This document shows, piece by piece, positions 7,557-15,448 of a stretch of DNA of 32,000 nt. Source of the DNA: Labilithrix sp. Its GTDB lineage: Bacteria; Myxococcota_A; Polyangia; Polyangiales; Polyangiaceae. The notes below the pieces were generated by a model. The model was not told the DNA's origin. It did not search any database and was given only the letters and a program-made list of their open reading frames with translations. Made by a program: the position numbers and the translations under genes. Position 1 is the first letter of the stretch. Each line of letters starts with the position of its first letter. Where the stretch lies: contig JAHBWA010000020.1 in assembly GCA_019637195.1 (NCBI GenBank), forward strand, positions 50,032-82,031. The letters are read 5' to 3'.

Positions 7557-9935
7557 TTGGTTCGCTTTCCGTGGGGGAGCGTCTTAGCGCTCCGTTGCGG
7601 ATCTCTGTCCGCCCCGTTGGACGTTGCGTCAGGGGGCCACTCACCCGCCTGCGCCATCGTCGCGTTCGAAACTTGGGTGCCTTCACTACAGCCCCGGCCA
7701 TTCGCGTGGTCAGGGAAGAGGAGGGTCGACGAAGCTATTCGCTGTCGTCAGCTTCAGCCGATCACGATGCGGCGCACCTCTGAGACCGGCGCCTTTTCGA
7801 GCGCCGAGGATGCGGACTCCCCGTGGACCTTCTCGGACCTTGAAGAGCCTTCACCGAAACGTGTCGACCTCTGACGTTCCCGTCGTCACTCTCAGGCACG
7901 GCCGAGTCGGAATCCGTATCCGCCCGATCCGCTGTCCAGCGTCAGCGCGTCGACCTTGCGGCCGCCGGAGGCTGGCGTGGAGTTGACCTGCGAGTCAGAG
8001 GACCCTGCGTCGCCCTGCCGGTGAGGGCAAGACGGGCAAGAGCCCGAGAACGCCTTCTGTCGTGTCGAGAGCCTGCAAGCCGAGACCCGCAGGTCGCGCG
8101 AGAGGAGACTTTTGGATCACCTCACGCACGCGCACCGTTTCGCCTTCTGCCCACCCGCGCCCCGCGTCAGGCGGTGCTACGGGCTTCTTCCTGGCTAGCG
8201 CCCTCTTTCAGCCACCAACAGGCCTTGCGACCTCCCGGTGAAGAAGACGCGCGATGCGTCCGACCGACTTCTGCCACCCATTCGAACTGCGTGCACCCGC
8301 ACCTCGTCTGTTCCCGGTTCCTGACGCCGCTTTCACGGCGGGGACGCCCCGCGGAGAATAAGGCTCCGAGCGACTTTCCGGGGGACCGGACGTTTCACGA
8401 CGTCCGAGACCGCTTCGGCGGGTCGTCATTCAACGCAGGTTCTCGTGTCCGCTTGGAACCACGAGCGTGGGCGTTTTCTTCCCACGGCGCTGATGCGACC
8501 GAGCCTCTGACACCCCTGTCGCGATCTCCCGGTTCACCCTCCGCCTCACCCGCCTTCGCCGGTGCTGCGTCTTGGCCGTAGGTCCTTCTCTTCGAAGGGG
8601 TGCTACGGGTCGGAGGATGGGGGAAAGCGCCGAGACCAACGTCCACGCCGTCTCGTGAAAGACGACGCTTCGAGATGATCCGGGATGCCTTCCGCCGGTA
8701 GGGACTCTTCGTAGGATCCGGTGGCCATTACAACCCCGGTCCCGCGACCGCCTCACCGCTCGTGGCGATGCGACGACCGCTGGATGACGATCTCTCGCCA
8801 CCCTGAGCCTGCGCCGGTCCTCTCCCGTCTCTAGCGGTGAGGCCGACGTGCGATTCGTCCCTTCGCTCGACACCCCCGCTGACGGTCTCACCCGCCAGCG
8901 CGCGTCCCGAGCTAGGTCCCTGTTCACTCGACCCTGACCGCTCTTTTTGGAGCGCGTTTGCCGAGCCTATTCGAGACCAGACGTCGCCTACCGACTTCTG
9001 CAACTAACGATCGACGTGCGGGCAACCAAACCCGGACTCTCAGGATCCTCGCAGGGACGGAGGCCTCGACCTCCTTCCTTTTCTTGAACATGCCACGCTG
9101 CCTTCCTTGCGGAAGCGGTGGCATGCGGCGAGCCGCGCTCCGTCCGTTCGCGAAAGCCCCAGTGTTGGTTTCTCCCACTCGCGTGGGGTTGCCCAACCGT
9201 GATGCCGTCTCGAACGCCCCGCCACCGAGGATTGCTCCTGCGGTGTGTAGCGAGGATTGACGCGCACGGGTCGAAGGACCGAGCGAAGGACGCGTCACCG
9301 AACGCATGCGACGATCTCTCGTGCCTGCGACGGGTGCATACGCATTTTTGCGCGCATGCCGACGAACGTTCCCCTCCTCGGCTGCCTTCGGACATCCGCT
9401 GTCATCGGCGCGTCTCGAACAACGGAGGATACCGCTGCCCGCTGACGGACCGACCGAGGCTGCCGTTCCGACGACGCCCCGCGAAGAGCGCCGCCTTCCA
9501 GGCGACCAGGATGCCTTTCACCGCCACGACACGCGAAGGAAAGTCACGCGGAGGAATGGATACCTCCGGCCTTCGCGCCGGCTCTCCCGCTCACGCCGCC
9601 CACACTTTGTCCCCAGGCTGGGGAGAGTGCTCTTGATGGGCATTGCGAGGCCACGGTGCGGTCACCCGCGGGTTCCGTGGCAGGCTCGAGAGTACAGACG
9701 CCTTTGTGGCTCGTTGGATGTTCGCGCCTGGGACTGACGACCCAAGCACGCCACCGAGCTCGACCGGATCGGCCGTCGACGAGGTCAGATTGCCCCGCTC
9801 GCACCGATGCCAGTCGCAGCGCCCAGACGGCTTCTACGACCGAGAGCCCGCGGCCCGATGTGCCGCGAACTTCATGAGCGGTGTTATGCCGTACGGCGGC
9901 CGGTCGTTCAACAGAAAAGTGGCCCGCTCAAACAT
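7512..9935 (-). ncRNA. Candidate very large structured non-coding RNA (or cluster of RNAs); no known family recognised
   Basis: There is no protein-like ORF in any frame, and the longest ORF is under 190 aa where shadow ORFs elsewhere exceed 400-1300 aa. GC is lower than in flanking genes. The minus strand looks purine-rich and has many hairpins with GNRA or A-rich loops. Two stems contain G-U pairs only when read on the minus strand. The 3' end is fixed by the terminator at 7512-7556; the 5' end is not defined. Confidence 0.35.
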
Positions 9936-9939
9936 TTTA

Positions 9940-9960
9940 TTATCCACAGAGTTATCCACA
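9940..9960 (+). promoter_or_regulatory. Two perfect consensus DnaA boxes in tandem (head-to-tail, 3-bp spacer)
   Basis: TTATCCACA at 9940-9948 and again at 9952-9960, inside the most AT-rich patch of the left half of the window (cattttatTATCCACAgagTTATCCACAg). Confidence 0.6.
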
Positions 9961-10105
9961 GTTCGCGGCGCAAGGAAGCCCGAAGAAGCGCAAGTTGGCC
10001 CATTTTGTAGGGAAATTCTGTGATTTTCGCGCTCGAGGACACCTTGTTCGTGAGTAAATAAGTTGATTTGAAGTGGGATGAGGTGACTGGAAATCGTATT
10101 TGTGA

Positions 10106-10129
10106 TGCGTGTTTGATTGCGTGTTTGAT
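10106..10129. repeat. Perfect tandem 12-mer (iteron-like)
   Basis: TGCGTGTTTGAT at 10106-10117 and 10118-10129, preceded by the related tttgtga. Lies in the AT-rich patch about 150 bp from the DnaA boxes. Confidence 0.7.
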
Positions 10130-10422
10130 GTGGCGGCGCGGTCGCGAGGCTGTGGCCGCTCTGGCGCGGCTTCCGCTGGCGCTGCGGCGGCAGCACGCTC
10201 GCGTTTCTGTCACGCGATCGTTTCGCGATCGGGGCCGTGAGGCGACCTGGCTCTGTCCGCCAACACTCGCCGAACCGCGCTGGGGGGGCGGATTGACCGC
10301 GGGCAGAATCGATCGCGCGCTCGGTTGCCCAACCCGGAACCCGGCGGCAGGAGAGCGGCGCGGCCGACCGTCCGAGGTGAGGCGCGTCGGGTGTTCCTCG
10401 ATGCACGTCGCGCGCGCGGCAT

Positions 10423-10513
10423 GGGGCGCTCGTCGAGGCGCGCGCGGCACGGGGCGCTCGTCGAGGCGCGCGGGGCGCTCGTCGAGGCGCGCGGGGCGCT
10501 CGTCGAGGCGTGT
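10423..10513. repeat. Tandem array of a 21-bp GC-rich unit (4 copies)
   Basis: GGGGCGCTCGTCGAGGCGCGC at 10423, 10451, 10472 and 10493. There is an extra 7 bp after copy 1, and the last copy ends GTGT. The array begins 20 bp downstream of the minus-strand stop at 10534. Confidence 0.85.
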
Positions 10514-10533
10514 GGGGCGCGGGCGTCGCGTGC

Positions 10534-11721
10534 TCAGGGAGCGACGTTTGCGTAGACGGCCGTCGTGCTGCCTTCCATGCGCGTCCAGCGGAGGTTCGAC
10601 TCGATGGTGCGGGCGTCGGCGGTCGACGGGCGGACCTCCATCCCAGTGTTCGTGACCGGGAGGAGCTGCACCTGGCGGAGCGCCAGCGTCTCGGCGTCGA
10701 AGAGCGCGCGGCCGATGAAGTTCCGGCTCTGGACGGCGAGCGACGGGTGGAGGAAGTTTCCGAGGCTCTCGAAGATGACGCCCTTGCCGCCGCCCGACTT
10801 CTTGACGACGCGCACGGGCTTCCAGACGTGCGGGCCGTGCCCGAAGACGACGTCGCCGCCGTAGCGCTCGACGAACTCGATGCTCCGGCGCACGAGCTCG
10901 TCTTGATCGGCGGCGGCCCGGCTATGGGCCGAGAGGATGCGGAGGTCCGCCGGCGCGTCGCGGAGGCTCTCGTAGAGCGCGCGCGTATCGTCGAGGCACG
11001 CGGCGCGCGGGCACGACGCGCGGCCGGTGTAGATGCTGCCGAACGCGACGCGGACCTCGCGGCCCTTGATCGTGAAGGTCCGGACCTGCGCGCGGGCGGA
11101 GTCGTCGTCGCCCGTCCCGGCGACGCCGGCGGTGAGCCACTCGAGATCGCCGAGCCCGTGGATCGCGCGCGCGGTCATCGCGACGCTCGCGCCCTCTCCG
11201 CGCACGGTGGTCTCCGTGGAGCCGTGGCAGTCGCGCGTGTGGTTGTTCGACAGGGCGACGAGATTGAAGCCGCGCTCGTAGGCCTGAGTGAGGTTCTCGG
11301 GGCGCGAGACGAACGCGTAGGAGCGGCCGCGCACGTAGGGGCTCCCGAACTGCGTGCACTCGGTGCCCACGACGGTCTCCCAGTTGATGAAGGACAGATC
11401 GCCGCGGTACGACTGGCCGCTCGCGTCGAAGCGATCGAGGGCGGCGCCGAACGCCGCGGAGAGCGCCGTGCGCTCATGGGTCTTGCTCCACGCCGCGTCG
11501 CCGACGCCGCGGACGTCGATGAGGCTCGACTCGCTGCTCTTCAGCGGCGCCGGAGCGAGCGCCGACGCAGGCGCGGTCTCGTCGGGCTGCGTGATGGGGA
11601 CGATCGCGCTCTCGGCCTCCGCCGGCTCGCCATCGAGGTCGAGGACGTCGTCGTCGGCTTCGTTCGCGGCGCAGGCAAAGAGGACGAGGGGGAGGAGGGC
11701 CAGGAGGGAGCGAGCGCGCAC
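10534..11721 (-). CDS. CapA-family (PGA_cap, metallophosphatase-fold) lipoprotein
   Basis: Motifs GDLSFINWETV, ALSNNHTRDCHG, FGHGPHVWKP and ESLGNFLH. A GTG at 11721 gives VRARSLLALLPLVLFAC (lipobox). The ORF is open up to 11868, so the start is uncertain. Confidence 0.75.
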   Translation of the reverse strand: MRARSLLALLPLVLFACAANEADDDVLDLDGEPAEAESAIVPITQPDETAPASALAPAPLKSSESSLIDVRGVGDAAWSKTHERTALSAAFGAALDRFDASGQSYRGDLSFINWETVVGTECTQFGSPYVRGRSYAFVSRPENLTQAYERGFNLVALSNNHTRDCHGSTETTVRGEGASVAMTARAIHGLGDLEWLTAGVAGTGDDDSARAQVRTFTIKGREVRVAFGSIYTGRASCPRAACLDDTRALYESLRDAPADLRILSAHSRAAADQDELVRRSIEFVERYGGDVVFGHGPHVWKPVRVVKKSGGGKGVIFESLGNFLHPSLAVQSRNFIGRALFDAETLALRQVQLLPVTNTGMEVRPSTADARTIESNLRWTRMEGSTTAVYANVAP

Positions 11722-11930
11722 GCGGCTGGTGCGAGCAAGACCTACACCAGGACGACGGCCACGCCATTTCCAGGAGTTAGCGCCGATCGAGACGTCGAGG
11801 CCCCAGGCCCTGTGGGGTCCTCGATCCAGCAATGATCCACTCCCACTGGAGGAGGAGGACGAAATCACGTTGAAAAATCGAAGGCTCCATTAGGGCATCT
11901 TTCGGCACATGGTGTGCGAAAGCGCGGGGC

Positions 11931-13154
11931 ATGTTCTCCGTTCGCGCAGGGCTCTTCGCTGGCTTCTCTCTCCTCCTCGCTCTCGCCGCGGGGTGCGCGG
12001 CGGACCCGTCCGTCGCCGACGAGGGCGACGAGATGGACGAAGAAGAGGAGGCGGGGCAGACCGAGGATCCGCTCAGCGTGCCCGCTGCGACCGGCCCGCT
12101 TCGCTTCGCCGACGCGTGCCGTCCCGGCACCAAGGTGACGATCGCGGCGGTCGGGGACGTGCTCCTCCACGCCGGGCTGCAGCGGCAAGCGTACAGCTCG
12201 CCGGAGGGCTTCTCGAGCCTCTGGAAGGGCGTCGCGCCGCTCTTCGCGCGGGCCGACCTCGCCTACGCGAACCTCGAGGGGCCCTGCGCCGACGGTCACA
12301 CCGCCTCGGGCACCGCGCGCGATCCCGGGCGCGTCTTCGACGGCGCGGTCTACTCGAGCTACCCGCAGTTCAACTACCACCCCTCGCTCATCGGCGCGCT
12401 CAAGGACGCGGGCTTCGACGTCCTGTCGACGGCGAACAACCACTCGCTCGACCGCCGCGGGCGCGGCGCCGACCGCACGATCGAGAACCTCGTCAGCGCG
12501 GGGATGCCGTTCACCGGCACGCGCAGCTCCGCCGATCTCGAGGCCCCGTGGCACGCGATGACCGAGGCCAGCGGCGTCAAGATCGCCTGGCTGGCGTGCA
12601 CCTACTCGACGAACGGGATCCCGGATCCGAAGAAGCAGGTGCTCGACTGCTACAAGGATCGCCAGACGGTGCTCTCGACGATCGCCGCGCTGAAGGACGA
12701 TCCCGGTGTGGACGCCGTCGTCGTGACGCCGCACTGGGGCGTCGAGTACGCGCACTCGCCGTCGGCGCCGGAGAAGAAGCTCGCCCGCGACATGCTCGAC
12801 GCGGGCGCGACGGCGGTGATCGGCGGCCACCCGCACGTGGTGCAGCCGTGGGAGAAGCACACGACGGCCGACGGCCGCGAGGGCTTCATCCTCTACTCGC
12901 TCGGCAACTTCGTCAGCGGACAGAACGGCCTCGCCCGGCGCTCGGCGCTCGTGCTCTACCTCGGCCTGACGAAGGGCGCCGACGGGAAGGTGACCGTCAA
13001 CGGCGTACGCCACGCGCCGATCCAGATGACCCCGGCGCCGTGGACCGCGAGCTACGCGAAGGGCGACAGCCTCGCGCTGACCACGCGGATCCTCGGCGAG
13101 TGGAACCGGATCGGCCCGGACGAGGACCTGGTCACGAACCTCGAGTGTCCGTGA
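11931..13154 (+). CDS. CapA-family (PGA_cap, metallophosphatase-fold) lipoprotein
   Basis: MFSVRAGLFAGFSLLLALAAGC lipobox. Motifs AAVGDVLLH, ANLEGP, STANNHSLDRRG, TPHWGVEY, GGHPHVVQPWE and YSLGNFVSGQ. Confidence 0.85.
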   Translation: MFSVRAGLFAGFSLLLALAAGCAADPSVADEGDEMDEEEEAGQTEDPLSVPAATGPLRFADACRPGTKVTIAAVGDVLLHAGLQRQAYSSPEGFSSLWKGVAPLFARADLAYANLEGPCADGHTASGTARDPGRVFDGAVYSSYPQFNYHPSLIGALKDAGFDVLSTANNHSLDRRGRGADRTIENLVSAGMPFTGTRSSADLEAPWHAMTEASGVKIAWLACTYSTNGIPDPKKQVLDCYKDRQTVLSTIAALKDDPGVDAVVVTPHWGVEYAHSPSAPEKKLARDMLDAGATAVIGGHPHVVQPWEKHTTADGREGFILYSLGNFVSGQNGLARRSALVLYLGLTKGADGKVTVNGVRHAPIQMTPAPWTASYAKGDSLALTTRILGEWNRIGPDEDLVTNLECP

Positions 13155-13229
13155 CGGGCGCGAGCCCTCTGGGGCCGGCGCTCGCGGCTCGGCGCGCCCG
13201 AATCGGTGGGCGAGGCGAGCCGGCGGTGC

Positions 13230-15023
13230 TTACGGCTTGGTGGGCGCGGGCTTGGGCGGCGGCTTGGCGGGGGTCTTCGGCGCGTCGGGCGCCTTGGGCT
13301 TCGGCGTCGGAGCGATCGTCGGCTTGTGCTTCTTCAGCGTGTGCTGCTTCTTGAGGTCCTGCATCCACTTGTCGAGCGCGCTTCCGGCGCCCGGTGAGGT
13401 GCGGACCATCGCTTCCATCGGCCAGACGGCGATGGGGCGATCGTTCATCGCGAACACGACGTCGTAGCGGCCCTCCTTCGTGAGGAGCGGCGTGCCGCCC
13501 GTGCCGGAGCACTGCCACGTGCGCTCGGGGCGCACCTCCGGGTTCACGCAGCCCACGCCGCGCCCGACGATCTTGCCGGCCTCGTCGAGGACGAACGCGC
13601 TGATCGCGACGTTCGTCCCGCTCCAGCCGCGTGAGCCGCGGGCGTACCACGTGAAGCCGACCCTACGCGGGTAGCGCCACTCGACCCACCCCGAGCGGAT
13701 CCCGCCGAGCGCGAAGGGATCGTCGCGGCCGTACGACGCGACGACGACGTCGACGCGCGGCTCGCCGTCCTCGAAGTCGTCCTGGTCTTCGTCGTCGATC
13801 GGCTGATCGTCGTCGTCGGGATCTTCGATCCACACGTCCGTCCGCCCGATGACCTTGTTCGCGACCTTCGCGAGGACGTCGTAACGGCCCGAGACCTTCG
13901 GCTCGAAGCGGAAGTCGGCGGTCGCGAACGCGACGCGCTCGAAATCGCTCACGGTCACGTGCTTGGTGGCGGTCTCGATGACGGCGTCGTCCGGATCCAG
14001 GAGCTCGAACGTGACGTCCTGCTTGCCCTTGGGCAGGCCGAAGAGCATCGCGACGACGGGGACGCGCGCGACGTCGTCGACGCCCGGCTCGATGGAGCGC
14101 TCGTTGCCGATGATCGCGGCCGTGGTGAGCATCTGCGGGTCTTTGTGGACCGAGAGGTTCTTCGTCACGAACAGCTCGGCGCGGCTCGACGTCAGGTGGG
14201 TCTTCGCGAACGCGGCGAGCTTCGGCTCGAGCGCCGCAGGGCGCCTCGCGACGACCTCCTTGATGTCCGCGATCGACGACGCGCTCGAGATCGACGCGAC
14301 CGGCGTCAAGCCGCCCGTGAAGAGGATCGCGTGGTTGACGCCGACGACCGTGGGCTTGCCCGCGCCGTCGAGGGTGATCACCGGACCGCCGGAGAAGCCC
14401 GGGTAGACGGGGGCGTCGAAGAGCAGGAGCTTCGCGCCGAGCATCTCGACGATCCCGGACGTGATGCCCTCCGAGACGCCCCACGAGAGCGCCCAGAGCC
14501 CGGCGCCGGTGTGGCCGAGGGCCCAGACCCGGCGGCCGGGGGTCGGGTTCGTCTCCGCGAGCGAGAGGGGCGGCACCCCCTCGAGCTTCGACTGCGGCTC
14601 GAGCAGCGCGACGTCGCGGACCTCGTCGATGTGCACGAGCTTGGCGTCGACGGTCTGCCCGCGCTTGGTCGTGATCTTCAGCTGCTCGGGCGAGTGGATG
14701 ACGTGCGCGGCGGTGATGATCATCCCGCCCTCGACGAGGAAGCCCGTCCCGTGCGGGGTCGGCTCCTTGCGGAGCGACACGTCGACCACCTTCTTCGGCG
14801 CGTGCTGCTCGAGACCGATCTCGCGCATGGCCTGCTTGGCCTCCTCCTCGCGCTGCGCGGTGTCGTCGTTCAGGATGGCGACGACGGAGGGAGAGACGCG
14901 CTCGAAGACGCTCTCGGTCGACTGACCGGCGGCGGGCGAGCTAACCGGTCGGGAGGAGCCGCCGCAGCCGGCGAGGCAGGCGGCCACGGCGATCGTGGAG
15001 AAGAGGAGATGGTGGCGTTTCAT
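13230..15023 (-). CDS. Trypsin-like serine protease lipoprotein with a long uncharacterised C-terminal region and Pro/Lys-rich tail
   Basis: ATG at 15023 gives MKRHHLLFSTIAVAACLAGC. Catalytic motifs TAAHVI, DVALLE and GFSGGPV. About 330 aa of unrecognised sequence follow, ending in PKPKAPDAPKTPAKPPPKPAPTKP. Confidence 0.8.
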   Translation of the reverse strand: MKRHHLLFSTIAVAACLAGCGGSSRPVSSPAAGQSTESVFERVSPSVVAILNDDTAQREEEAKQAMREIGLEQHAPKKVVDVSLRKEPTPHGTGFLVEGGMIITAAHVIHSPEQLKITTKRGQTVDAKLVHIDEVRDVALLEPQSKLEGVPPLSLAETNPTPGRRVWALGHTGAGLWALSWGVSEGITSGIVEMLGAKLLLFDAPVYPGFSGGPVITLDGAGKPTVVGVNHAILFTGGLTPVASISSASSIADIKEVVARRPAALEPKLAAFAKTHLTSSRAELFVTKNLSVHKDPQMLTTAAIIGNERSIEPGVDDVARVPVVAMLFGLPKGKQDVTFELLDPDDAVIETATKHVTVSDFERVAFATADFRFEPKVSGRYDVLAKVANKVIGRTDVWIEDPDDDDQPIDDEDQDDFEDGEPRVDVVVASYGRDDPFALGGIRSGWVEWRYPRRVGFTWYARGSRGWSGTNVAISAFVLDEAGKIVGRGVGCVNPEVRPERTWQCSGTGGTPLLTKEGRYDVVFAMNDRPIAVWPMEAMVRTSPGAGSALDKWMQDLKKQHTLKKHKPTIAPTPKPKAPDAPKTPAKPPPKPAPTKP

Positions 15024-15448
15024 CGTTCGTTTCGTGGCGCCCCAGCGGCGCGCCGCCCAAGATACGGCAAAACGCGTGGACCTCTTCCGCCGATGCGATC
15101 GAGGGCCTGCGGCCGCAGCACGGCCCCGCGCTGCCATAAATCGATTGGATTTCGAAGGGATGGCTCTGTGCGCGGCGCACGTTCGCGCGGGTCGGCGGCG
15201 CGCCGGCGCGCGCGGTCGTTTACGCGGCCTCGCGGACCATGGTATGAGACGGCACCTTGTGACGCTGGCTTCTTCGTGAAATCGGCGGAAACGGGGCGAG
15301 GCGAGCTGAAGCGTCACCGCGCGTTGCTCCCGGATCTTTGGGGGAAGCGTGGGGAGGGCGGCCAACCCCTCGAGTCGCTGGGCTCGATCGGGACGCGTAC
15401 ACATCATGTCCTGACTCGAGCTCACCAAACTCGGAGAGGACTCGGTCC

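Noticed and set aside
8814-8824. Minus-strand GAGAGGACCGG, identical to the core of the 23S sarcin-ricin loop
   Set aside because: This is an isolated 11-mer. The flanks do not match the SRL, its position (mid-region) is wrong for 23S, and no other rRNA motifs are present. It is most likely a coincidence among the many motifs I compared.
7512-9935. Could the ORF-free region be a 23S/16S rRNA operon or fragment?
   Set aside because: I looked on both strands for universally conserved rRNA strings. These were the 16S 5' AGAGTTTGATC.TGGCTCAG, the 23S GGATGCC.TGGC start, GTACCGTGAGGGAAAGG, and the peptidyl-transferase and GTPase-centre segments. None was found.
7512-9935. ORF-less group II intron, RNase P RNA or tmRNA
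   Set aside because: There is no convincing domain V (AGC triad stem, 2-nt bulge, GNRA loop) and no GUGYG 5' end. The GGAAAGUC near 8380 lacks the rest of the RNase P P4/P15 consensus. No tRNA-like end or ...ALAA tag frame is present. The size is far beyond these families.
7512-9935. Decayed protein pseudogene or dead IS element
   Set aside because: This is not fully excluded. No frame on either strand yields even short protein-like stretches, and I saw no terminal inverted repeats. It is retained as the main alternative in the finding, to be tested by BLASTX.
9961-10010. AAG triplets recurring after the DnaA boxes (cAAGgAAGcccgAAGAAGcgcAAG) as DnaA-trio elements
   Set aside because: The periodicity is not strictly 3 nt and the stretch is GC-interrupted. 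I cannot verify orientation relative to the boxes from memory of the trio model. It is mentioned only as something to check.
9925-10130. Calling this the chromosomal origin (oriC)
   Set aside because: Only two DnaA boxes were found. There is no dnaA/dnaN/rpmH/gyrB context and no visible switch in gene orientation across the site. It is reported as a DnaA-box regulatory site with oriC as one hypothesis only.
10068-10655. ORFs spanning the 21-bp repeats that give GALVEARGALVEAR-type peptide repeats (also 10325..10555)
   Set aside because: The repeat period is a multiple of 3, so any frame gives peptide repeats. Flanking translation is nonsense and there is no start context. These were treated as non-coding.
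13155-13229. Possible hairpin (GGGCGCGAGCC ... GGCTCGGCGCGCCC) between the convergent CapA-like and protease genes
   Set aside because: The stem is imperfect with a 2-nt insertion, the loop is long, and there is no U-tract on either side. This is too weak to annotate as a terminator.
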